DNA of 64,000 nucleotides from Candidatus Methanomethylicaceae archaeon (lineage in GTDB: Archaea > Thermoproteota > Methanomethylicia > Methanomethylicales > Methanomethylicaceae): positions 8,246 through 72,245 of the forward strand of contig JAOAJN010000002.1 of assembly GCA_026414165.1 (NCBI GenBank). The letters run 5' to 3'. A model generated the notes under the pieces. The model searched no databases, was not told the origin of the DNA, and saw only the letters and a list, made by a program, of their open reading frames with translations. Positions 1-8,121 of this stretch are shown piece by piece. The stretch's first letter is position 1. Each line of letters begins with the position of its first letter. The translations under genes and the position numbers were made by a program.

Positions 1-42
1 AAATAAATACCTATTATAGAAAATCGGAAAAGGTGATAGATC

Positions 43-405
43 TTGACCGAGAAGGTCAAAGATTTCTACGGCGACTATTCGACATTACAGGTACCGCCAG
101 AGGTCTACGGCAGGCTAAAGGGGGCCTCTACAGTCATAAGACCGGAACACTTCCAGTTTGCCAATGCCATCGGAGCGGCCATAGCCAAAGTGAGCGGAGA
201 GGTGGACAGGGTCTTCTCACTGGAGAAGCTCAGCCGGGATGACGCTCTCAGGACTGCGAAGGAGATGGCGATCAAAGAGGCGATAAAGGCTGGGGCAAAG
301 CCAGACACGGTCGAGGTCGTGGAGGTCGACGAGATCCCATTGGCATACCTGCCAGGAAATGCTACAAGGATTAGAGTCAAGGCATGCGGGAACCTTGCAA
401 TTTAA
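43..405 (+). CDS. small stand-alone protein with a hydantoinase/oxoprolinase-type (ASKHA) C-terminal-like motif
   Basis: 120-aa ORF with TTG start at 43, GGTGA just upstream and in-frame TGA-TAG at 34-39, so it does not run off the window. The motif RPEHFQFANAIGAAIA resembles the conserved C-terminal region of hydantoinase_A-type proteins (recall only). Confidence 0.35.
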   Translation: MTEKVKDFYGDYSTLQVPPEVYGRLKGASTVIRPEHFQFANAIGAAIAKVSGEVDRVFSLEKLSRDDALRTAKEMAIKEAIKAGAKPDTVEVVEVDEIPLAYLPGNATRIRVKACGNLAI

Positions 406-467
406 AAAAGAAAAAGCAGTAGGCGAGATTAATATAAAAACAAAGACTGACAAATCGAGGCTGGAAT

Positions 468-499
468 AGCCCATAATGGGCTTTATTTCTTTTATTTAT
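468..499 (+). terminator. hairpin plus T-rich tract downstream of ORF 43-405
   Basis: AGCCCA-TAA-TGGGCT (468-482) followed by TTATTTCTTTTATTTAT. Confidence 0.4.
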
Positions 500-675
500 G
501 CGGCATTTTTGACCTTTACCCTTTAAGATAAGCCAATATAGGGTCAGACGGCATCATTTTACCATAATTGTTATTATTATTTTTATTTTTAGTCTTCTTG
601 CGCTCCTCAAGATTTCCTTTGAGCCTTTAGAAAACTATTAAAACTTGACGAATATAACCACTTGCGGAGGTTATC

Positions 676-1341
676 TTGTTGAATCATGAAGAGATACTCA
701 AGAGTCTAGCGGATTCCGTTATAAGTGGTGATGAGGAGAAGGCGAAGGATTTTGCCAAGAAGGCACTTGAGGCAGGAATAGACCCGTTAACCGCAATAAA
801 TGAGGGCTTGATGAAGGGGATGAGCCAGGTAGGCGACGACTTCAGCAAGCTCAAGATCTACCTGCCCGAGGTTATGATGGCTGCCGAGGCGATGAAGGCT
901 GCCCTATCAATACTCGAGCCTGCAGCACTCCAGAAGGGCAGCGGTGCTATTAAGAAGAGCAAGGTTGTGATTGGGACCATAACTGGAGACATACACGACA
1001 TCGGAAAGAATATCGTTGCAATGCTCCTCAGGGCGAACGGCTTCGAGGTCTACGACTTGGGGAGGGACGTCCCTGTGGACGACCTCATAAGGAAGGCGGA
1101 GGATGTCGGGGCCGACATAATAGCAGCATCCACGCTACTGTCAACATCCATGCCTTACATGGAGGATCTTATCAACTTGCTGAAGGAGAGAAGGCTGAGG
1201 GATAAGTACATCGTAATGGTGGGCGGCGGGCCAGTCACTCGTGAGTGGGCCGCTTCTATAGGCGCGGACGGGTATGGGGACGATGGAGAAGAGGCCGTAA
1301 AGGTTGCAAAGGAGCTTCTGCAGAGGGTGAAGGGTAAATGA
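676..1341 (+). CDS. methyltransferase cognate corrinoid protein (MtmC/MtbC/MttC family, B12-binding)
   Basis: 221 aa. N-terminal helical cap plus Rossmann B12-binding domain with the DxHxxG motif (GDIHDIGKN). GGAGG at 666-670 precedes the TTG start. ATGA overlap with the next gene. Confidence 0.85.
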   Translation: MLNHEEILKSLADSVISGDEEKAKDFAKKALEAGIDPLTAINEGLMKGMSQVGDDFSKLKIYLPEVMMAAEAMKAALSILEPAALQKGSGAIKKSKVVIGTITGDIHDIGKNIVAMLLRANGFEVYDLGRDVPVDDLIRKAEDVGADIIAASTLLSTSMPYMEDLINLLKERRLRDKYIVMVGGGPVTREWAASIGADGYGDDGEEAVKVAKELLQRVKGK

Positions 1342-2705
1342 ACTCCATATGGGAGGTAATAGACAGGGCAGAGACCGGCCCCTATATGGAGGAGAAGGAC
1401 TTCGATCTGAAGGTTGTGGCAAAGAAGTGCAGGGAACTCGTAAAGGAGTACGACATTAAATTTGACCCTAAAGAGATAGTGACCGCGGACGAATCCATGG
1501 CAGATGATGTCTACGAGGCTGGCATGAGGCTCGCCATAGAGGCTGGCATATACTGCATAAACACAAAGAGGATAATTAAATTCGACGAGAGCGAGATCAA
1601 GGAAGGCATACTCTCGGCGCCCAAGGAGCTAGTTATAGGACAGGGTAGAGACTCCAGGATCCTATACGCTAGGGGCGTTGAGGACCCTAGGCGAGCGATA
1701 ATATGCGGCGGACAGGCGGGAGCAGCGATCCCCGAGGATTGGTACCTGCCCATGTCCATATCCTACATGAAGGAGCCCCTTGTTGACATGATCAACAACG
1801 GCGGGCTCGCAGTGGTGGAGGGCAGGAAGGTAAGGACGAACACGCCTCTGGAGATACAGGCTGCGAGAAGGGAGCTCACAATGCTGAGGGAGGCTGCTGC
1901 CCGCGCCGGTAGACCTGGCATCAGCTTCATAGCTGGAGAGAGCAGCGTCTCGGCGCTTGGCGACCTGGCTATCGCCTCGGACAAGTACATGAGGACCTCT
2001 GACGCACACTTGGTGGCACTGCTTAACGAGTTAAAGACCGACTATGATAGGATCTCGAAGGTAGTCAACTTCACTGAGTACGGGGCTTTCAATGTGACCT
2101 TGGTGGACCCTATAATAGGCGGATACGCAGGCGGACCGGAGGGCGTCGCCGTCTGCTTTGTTGCATCTTTCCTTCTTGGCAGGGCGATGTACAGGTCGGA
2201 GTATCACGTCTGCCACCCCATACACTTCCGCTACATGAGCACGAGCGCTGTGGAGTGTATGTGGAACCTGAACATAGTTGGGCAGGCTATGGCAAGGAAC
2301 GCCCCATTCATAATAATGGGTGATGTATGGACCTCCGCTGGTGCTGGGAGCGAGATGATATTCTACGAGATAGCTGCGAACACCATAACCAACGTGGTCA
2401 CAGGGTCTCACCCGCTGGGTGTCTCCGCCACGAACGGGAAGTACCCACACGCCTCGGGGCTCGAGACCAGGTTCATGGCTGAGGTCGCCATCGCTACAGT
2501 AAAGTCAAAACTAAACAGAAAGAATGCAAACGACCTCGTAGTAGGACTTGCTAATGAGTACAAGGACAAAATGGGCAAGCCTGACATAGGCAAACCATTC
2601 CCAGAACTCTATGATGTCAACAAGGTTATACCGAAGCCTGAGTGGAATGCCCTCTACCTTTTAATGAAGAGAAAGATCTCCGAAATGACTGGGCTGGACA
2701 TATGA
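1338..2705 (+). CDS. MtmB-family (monomethylamine methyltransferase-like) protein, pyrrolysine-free paralog 1
   Basis: 455 aa, collinear with methanogen MtmB as recalled (GIYCxxTxRI, GQGRD, AGRPG, LNELK, GGYAGGPEG, GLETRFMAEVA, GKPFPELYDV). Uninterrupted ORF with no in-frame TAG. Confidence 0.85.
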   Translation: MNSIWEVIDRAETGPYMEEKDFDLKVVAKKCRELVKEYDIKFDPKEIVTADESMADDVYEAGMRLAIEAGIYCINTKRIIKFDESEIKEGILSAPKELVIGQGRDSRILYARGVEDPRRAIICGGQAGAAIPEDWYLPMSISYMKEPLVDMINNGGLAVVEGRKVRTNTPLEIQAARRELTMLREAAARAGRPGISFIAGESSVSALGDLAIASDKYMRTSDAHLVALLNELKTDYDRISKVVNFTEYGAFNVTLVDPIIGGYAGGPEGVAVCFVASFLLGRAMYRSEYHVCHPIHFRYMSTSAVECMWNLNIVGQAMARNAPFIIMGDVWTSAGAGSEMIFYEIAANTITNVVTGSHPLGVSATNGKYPHASGLETRFMAEVAIATVKSKLNRKNANDLVVGLANEYKDKMGKPDIGKPFPELYDVNKVIPKPEWNALYLLMKRKISEMTGLDI

Positions 2706-2750
2706 TATTGGTATTGGTATTGGTATGGATGTGAGCGTGGGTTGATCAAC

Positions 2751-4124
2751 ATGAGATCTTACAGGATGGACGAGATCACCAGAAGGGCGTTTGACGGGCA
2801 GTATATGGAAGAGAAAGAATTCGACATGAAGCTGATGAGGAGGGCTAGGGAGCTCGTCAAGGAGTATGACATAAGGTTCGATCCGAATGAGATGATTCCA
2901 ACGGACGACTCCATGGCAGATGATGTCTACGAGGCTGGCATGCGCCTCTTCATCGAGCTCGGATTTTACTGCCAGACCACTAGAAGGTGCATAAGGTTTG
3001 AGGAGGGAGAGGTCAGAGAGGTCCTTAAAACCCTCCCAGAGAGCATCATAATCGGCGAGGGCAAGGATGCCGTTTTTATGCCAATGAGAAGGATCGAGGA
3101 TCCTACACCTCCTGTGATCCACTCTGGACCCACAGGCACTTTATGCACCGAGGGTGACATCTACGTAAAGACGCTGAGGAGCTACGCCCAGGAGAGTGTA
3201 ATAGACTCGGTGGGCGCTGGAACTTTGGCGACGATAGACGGTTTCAAGATAAGAAAGGGCACACCGCAGGAGTTTAGGGCTGCTAGGATGCTGGCCAGGT
3301 GGGCGAGGCAGGCGATAGCCGACGCGGGTAGGCCTGGGATGCACATAAACGATGTTGCGGTCGTCAGCCCGGAGGCAAAGATCTGCGCGCTAGACCCAAA
3401 CCTAGGCATCCGCAAGACGGACGGCCTCCTAGTGGCACAGATGATTGAGCTAAAGACTAGCCTCCAGCACCTGTCACTGATAGAGCATCTCACGAGTTAC
3501 GGCTGCTTCATTGGGAACCTCATGACGCCCATCATGGGCGGATACTCGGGAGGACCAGAGGGCACCGCCATAGTGAATGTCGCGGAGCATATAGCGGGAG
3601 CCTTGTGCTACAACGCCAACTACCACTACCTTAGCCTCACAAATGTGAGGAACCTGAATAATACCGACAGGCAGGGCCTCTGGACCATAAGCATGGTCGG
3701 TCAGGCGCTCGCCAGGAACTCTGAGATCATGAGCATATACGACTGCTACTGTGCCGCTGGACCAGGCACTGAGGTTCTGCTCAGGGAGGCTACAGCAGGC
3801 GGGGTTGCATCATCGGTAAGTGGTCTACACTTGATGGGTTGCGGTTCGTGCGGTGGAAAGCTCGTCGACCACGCCACGGGCTTGGAGGCTAGACTGCTTA
3901 AGGAGGTTGGCGTTGCTGCGGCTGGTATGGGTAGGGAGGATGCCAACGATTTCCTAAGGAAATGGGTGCCCCTCTACGAGGAGTGGCTTGACATAACAAA
4001 ATCGCCAAAGGGTAAGACATTCCAGGAGCTCTACGATCTAGGATCGGCAAAGCCAAAAGATGAATGGGAAGGGCTCTACAGGAAAATTATCAGAGAACTA
4101 ATTGACTTGGGCATCGATCTATAG
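2751..4124 (+). CDS. MtmB-family protein, pyrrolysine-free paralog 2
   Basis: Same motif set (GFYC, GEGKD, AGRPG, IELK, GGYSGGPEG, GLEARLLKEV, GKTFQELYDL). ATG 2751 is chosen over TTG 2742 by alignment with paralog 1. No in-frame TAG. Confidence 0.85.
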   Translation: MRSYRMDEITRRAFDGQYMEEKEFDMKLMRRARELVKEYDIRFDPNEMIPTDDSMADDVYEAGMRLFIELGFYCQTTRRCIRFEEGEVREVLKTLPESIIIGEGKDAVFMPMRRIEDPTPPVIHSGPTGTLCTEGDIYVKTLRSYAQESVIDSVGAGTLATIDGFKIRKGTPQEFRAARMLARWARQAIADAGRPGMHINDVAVVSPEAKICALDPNLGIRKTDGLLVAQMIELKTSLQHLSLIEHLTSYGCFIGNLMTPIMGGYSGGPEGTAIVNVAEHIAGALCYNANYHYLSLTNVRNLNNTDRQGLWTISMVGQALARNSEIMSIYDCYCAAGPGTEVLLREATAGGVASSVSGLHLMGCGSCGGKLVDHATGLEARLLKEVGVAAAGMGREDANDFLRKWVPLYEEWLDITKSPKGKTFQELYDLGSAKPKDEWEGLYRKIIRELIDLGIDL

Positions 4125-4272
4125 CATTTGGTACTGATCTTCGATACTAAGCTCCCTTTTCATTTTCTTTTGCAGATTACTTATATTTGAGCCTTCAAGT
4201 GAATGTGTGTAAAAGAGTGGGTGAGCTATTGATGGTATAAAAGTTGCGTATATTTTGAACGTTTAGAATAGT

Positions 4273-5640
4273 TCACATAAGAGTATGAACCTCAAAATCT
4301 TCAAGATCCCACACAAACCCTTTGAATGAATCTTTTTCGTATATTTTCTTCCCTACAATGCCGTAAGATTTCTTATAGTTGCCAAGATCCACAAATCCTG
4401 CTTTCTTCTCCAAATCCATAAAAATCTTCTCGACATCTCTCCCTCTCAACTCTTTCCATTTAACTTCAAGGAACAGAGCATATCCTTCTTGTTCGTTCAA
4501 TCCAACGAAATCTATCTCTTCTCCTCCATTCCACCATCTGCCGATCTTGGTAAATTTCATCCTGCTAAACTTTAGCATGAACTGCCTAACCACCTCTTCA
4601 AATATAATTCCAAGATAACTGTTGAAGTCTTTTATTATCAGCTCTACAAGGGCTTCCACATTTTCAGCTTCGATTAGGTCGAAATTTGGTTGCACATAAC
4701 GGAACCAGAATGAGAAGTATGGGTCACTGATGTAATATCTTCCCTTCCTACTTTTCCAGCTAGTATTTATGGGAACCTCTCGCTTTACTAGATCGAGATC
4801 TATGAGGACTGAAAGATACTTCCCGACTTTTGCCCTTTCCATTCCAGTATCGTTCATGATCTCTCCTAATGTTGTCTTTCCCCTTGCTATCGCCTCCATT
4901 ATAGCAAAGTAATTTCTAGGCTCGTAGAGTTCTTCACGCAGAACGAACTGCGCGTCCTGAAGAAGGAATGAGTCGCTTCTAAAATACTTTAACAGGTTAT
5001 CTTTTATGCTCTTCTTATCATCAAATGTTTGCAGATAAGCTGGATTGCCTCCTAGGATCGCGTAAGCTTTCAAGAATTCCTCTAATGAATAATTAGAAAG
5101 AAAAGCCCTCGCATTGAAGAAGTCCATGGCTTTCAGTCTGATCTGCGAAGTCCTCCTACCGTATATAGGGCTCTTATGCCCGAGCATTCTTTCCATCATA
5201 CTGACAGACGAGCCACACAGTATAAGAAAGATTTTGCTTTTAGCAAGTTTTAGATCCCAGTATTCCTGAAGGATCGATAAGAGTTCTCTGCTATCCTTTA
5301 CCAAGTAGGGAAACTCGTCTATAGCAATAATGAGCCGATCCTTCGATTTCTGATAGATATACTCTAGGAGGGCATCCCAGCTATGGAAGGGATTTTTCCT
5401 TAGAACACTGTCGTCGAAGTAAGCAGCGATCCTTTCAGAAAAGCGCTTCAAATTCTCAAGTCCGCTTGTCTCTCTTGCTAAGAGGTAGATGCCTCCATTT
5501 CTCCGGATGAACTCTAGTATTAAAGTGGTCTTCCCTATTCTCCGCCTCCCGTAGATGATTATGAATTCGGAATTATTGCCCCTGACTCTTTCTTGAAGAA
5601 AATTCAACTCTTCTTCTCTATCCACAAATTGTTTACTCAT
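4273..5640 (-). CDS. archaeal AAA-type ATPase with C-terminal DUF234 domain
   Basis: 455 aa. N-terminus FVDREEEL...YGRRRIGKTTL (Walker A) and IAIDEFPYL (Walker B), typical of the Arch_ATPase plus DUF234 architecture. Confidence 0.8.
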   Translation of the reverse strand: MSKQFVDREEELNFLQERVRGNNSEFIIIYGRRRIGKTTLILEFIRRNGGIYLLARETSGLENLKRFSERIAAYFDDSVLRKNPFHSWDALLEYIYQKSKDRLIIAIDEFPYLVKDSRELLSILQEYWDLKLAKSKIFLILCGSSVSMMERMLGHKSPIYGRRTSQIRLKAMDFFNARAFLSNYSLEEFLKAYAILGGNPAYLQTFDDKKSIKDNLLKYFRSDSFLLQDAQFVLREELYEPRNYFAIMEAIARGKTTLGEIMNDTGMERAKVGKYLSVLIDLDLVKREVPINTSWKSRKGRYYISDPYFSFWFRYVQPNFDLIEAENVEALVELIIKDFNSYLGIIFEEVVRQFMLKFSRMKFTKIGRWWNGGEEIDFVGLNEQEGYALFLEVKWKELRGRDVEKIFMDLEKKAGFVDLGNYKKSYGIVGKKIYEKDSFKGFVWDLEDFEVHTLM

Positions 5641-5663
5641 AAGTAATTTACTTATGAGTAAAC
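5631..5663. repeat. perfect 33-bp palindrome (15-bp arms, 3-nt centre) over the ATPase start codon
   Basis: GTTTACTCATAAGTA-ATT-TACTTATGAGTAAAC; the ATPase ATG is at 5640-5638 on the minus strand. Confidence 0.9.
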
Positions 5664-6113
5664 TAAATAAGAGTTTCGGTGGGGGTAGTGTGAAAGATTA
5701 CTAAACCACCTCTTAAGGCTCCCCGTCTTAAGTCGTGGAGTGTTGTCTTTAATTAAATTTAATCCGCACCCTGGTATTGCTAGGGATCTGTAAAGAGGGA
5801 GGAGTGAATCTGAAGACCTATTAATAAAGAAGCGCATATCTTGGCACCATACTCTTAAATAACTCGACGTGGTTAACTATTATGATCTTGATGAATCCTT
5901 ATCTATTGCGGGTTAAAAATTTCATACTGAGAATTGCATTATCCACTTATAAGACCTATTGCACATACACACCATCATCCATATACTGTATATTTCAGTG
6001 GATCGCCGCTAAATTTCAGCTTAGAACGTTATCAAAATTAGACCAAGAAGAGAAGGATAACGAACTCGTTTAAACTTTGATTGAAGGTTCAAAGTTCTTT
6101 CAAAAGGTTCTTG

Positions 6114-7052
6114 CTATTCTTTTGAGAAAGGACTGCCGAGAGCGGCAGGTCCTCTTACTCTTCTACCACCTATGAGGAGTGCTATCAGCGTAACCAGATA
6201 CGGGAGTAGGCTGAGCAGCTGACTTATAGATGCCGATGCTGGACCTATGAGAAAAGTTCCGATCCAAAGCGATAGTGCCTCTGTGAATCCGAATAATAAT
6301 GACCCGGCTAGCGCGCCCACAGGGTTCCACCTCCCCAAGATCACTATGGAGACAGCCACGAACCCCCTCGCGGCAACAATCCTTGTATCAAAGACATTGA
6401 ACATCGAGAGGCAGAGGAGCCCGCCCGCCATCCCGACTAAGATCCCCTCCAAAATGAGGGCTGTGTACCTGATCCTCGAGACATCGATACCCAAGTAGGC
6501 TGCAACTAGCGGGTCCTCTCCAACGGACCTAAGCTTTAGCCCGTAGGAGGTCTTGAATATGAGGTAGTACGTTATGGGAACGGCTATTATCCCAACATAA
6601 ACGAATATGGTCTGATTAAAGAGAACGTCTCCAATGACTGGTATTTGACTCAGCAGGGGTATTGGATATGGCCCTATCAACTCACTGAGGTATGGAAAAG
6701 CTCCCTGCGAGAAAGCAAGGCGGAAGAAGTATAGACAGAGTCCTGCTGCCAAGAGGTTTATCGCCAGACCTGATACGACTTGGTCCAAGTTTATCCTCAC
6801 CACGAGTATACCAAACACAAGTACAGTCAAGATCCCTCCGAGAATTGCCATCAGCAGCCCTATCCAAAGATTTCCAGTTAGGAACGCTCCCATGAACCCT
6901 GTGAATGCGCCGATCAGCATGGCACCCTCTATCCCTAGGTTCAGGATGCCGCCCCGCTCCACAATAGTCTCACCCAAGGATGCCAGCATGAGCGGGGCAG
7001 AGGTCCTTATTCCAGCCGCTATGAATCCAATTATCAGCGCCCACTCGATCAT
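6114..7052 (-). CDS. ABC transporter permease (BMP/nucleoside-type, second permease)
   Basis: 312 aa polytopic membrane protein, 4-nt overlap with the upstream permease, in an operon with a BMP binding protein and a double ATPase. Confidence 0.85.
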   Translation of the reverse strand: MIEWALIIGFIAAGIRTSAPLMLASLGETIVERGGILNLGIEGAMLIGAFTGFMGAFLTGNLWIGLLMAILGGILTVLVFGILVVRINLDQVVSGLAINLLAAGLCLYFFRLAFSQGAFPYLSELIGPYPIPLLSQIPVIGDVLFNQTIFVYVGIIAVPITYYLIFKTSYGLKLRSVGEDPLVAAYLGIDVSRIRYTALILEGILVGMAGGLLCLSMFNVFDTRIVAARGFVAVSIVILGRWNPVGALAGSLLFGFTEALSLWIGTFLIGPASASISQLLSLLPYLVTLIALLIGGRRVRGPAALGSPFSKE

Positions 7053-8110
7053 ATCTTTACCACTCCCTTCTTCTCCAAGTAGCGGAGTATGTATTCTGAT
7101 GCTAAGACAAAGATCACCAAAACCCCTTGGATGAAGTCCACGACCCCCTGTGGTTGGTTCAGAGCTCTAGACATTGTTGTGGATCCGTTGAATATGGCGG
7201 CTAGGAAGATCGAGGCGAGCGCAACGCCCAAGGGATTGTTCTGCCCCAAGAGGGCTACTACTATTCCAGTGTAGCCATAGCCTGGCGATAGAGAAGGCCT
7301 CATCCTGAACTGGATGCCCGAGACCTCGACGAATCCGGCGAGTCCTGCTAGGGCACCACTTATTATGAGCGCAAGTAACATGGTCCTTCCTACATTTATG
7401 CCTCCATACTTCGCTGCCTCCGGGTTTTCACCCACAGCCTTCAGCTTGTACCCGAATGTAGTCCGCATCATCAGGAAGTGAACCAGTGGCAGCGCCACAA
7501 ATAGTGCTATTACAACACCTAAGTGCAGGCGTGTGTAGGGGACCAGCACTGGAAGCACTGCTGAAGAAGGAATCTGCGCCGACTCAGGAAACAGCGTGTC
7601 TGGGCTCCTGAACGGGAACGCTAAGAGCCACTGGATCAGGTATATCGATACATAGTTCATCAGGAAGGTTGTAATCACCTCGTTGATGCCAAGCCTCGCC
7701 CGCATAAAAGCTGGCACGGAGGCCCAGAGAAGCCCTCCCACGATCGACACAAACAGCGATATTATCAGGGTAAGGGGAGTGTTTCCCAACGCCACCGCCG
7801 TTATAGTGCCTAGCATCGCACCCATGTATAGCTGTCCCTCTGCGCCGATATTCCATACCTTGCACCTGAATGATATGGCAAGTCCTAATGAGACCAGCAG
7901 TATAGGCGTGGTCCTGACCAAGGTCTCTGCCGCCAGAGATATATTACCAAAGGCGCCGGCAAAGATGTAGTAGAAGGCAAGGAACGGATTCGCGCCTGTA
8001 AGCAGGAATAGTATGGACGTCAAAAGCAGGGCAAAGCCTATCGAGATCCCTGCCTTGTAGAGCGATCTTATCGTTCCCTTAGACAAAGATAGAGGCAGTT
8101 TTAGTTCCAT
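7049..8110 (-). CDS. ABC transporter permease (BMP/nucleoside-type, first permease)
   Basis: 353 aa polytopic membrane protein in operon context. Confidence 0.85.
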   Translation of the reverse strand: MELKLPLSLSKGTIRSLYKAGISIGFALLLTSILFLLTGANPFLAFYYIFAGAFGNISLAAETLVRTTPILLVSLGLAISFRCKVWNIGAEGQLYMGAMLGTITAVALGNTPLTLIISLFVSIVGGLLWASVPAFMRARLGINEVITTFLMNYVSIYLIQWLLAFPFRSPDTLFPESAQIPSSAVLPVLVPYTRLHLGVVIALFVALPLVHFLMMRTTFGYKLKAVGENPEAAKYGGINVGRTMLLALIISGALAGLAGFVEVSGIQFRMRPSLSPGYGYTGIVVALLGQNNPLGVALASIFLAAIFNGSTTMSRALNQPQGVVDFIQGVLVIFVLASEYILRYLEKKGVVKI

Positions 8111-8121
8111 TTTTCTCCTCT

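Noticed and set aside
406-675. Possible cobalamin riboswitch or other leader upstream of the corrinoid-protein operon.
   Set aside because: I could find no B12-box-like conserved core. The region is AT-rich, with only a short terminator-like hairpin (468-482) and promoter-like sequence.
1338-4124. Looked for an in-frame TAG (pyrrolysine codon) or a split ORF in the two MtmB-like genes.
   Set aside because: Both are single uninterrupted ORFs of full MtmB length. The position aligned to Pyl is a sense codon (ATA, AAC), so there is no evidence of UAG recoding here.
5652-5837. 61-aa minus-strand ORF and the 16-codon plus-strand mini-ORF created by the palindrome.
   Set aside because: There is no ribosome-binding site, no family resemblance and an odd composition. 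It is more likely non-coding leader or promoter DNA of the ATPase gene.
5889-5930. Candidate C/D box sRNA (TGATGA at 5889-5894, CTGA at 5927-5930).
   Set aside because: It is only about 42 nt, has no internal D'/C' boxes and no terminal stem, so it is compatible with chance in AT-rich DNA.
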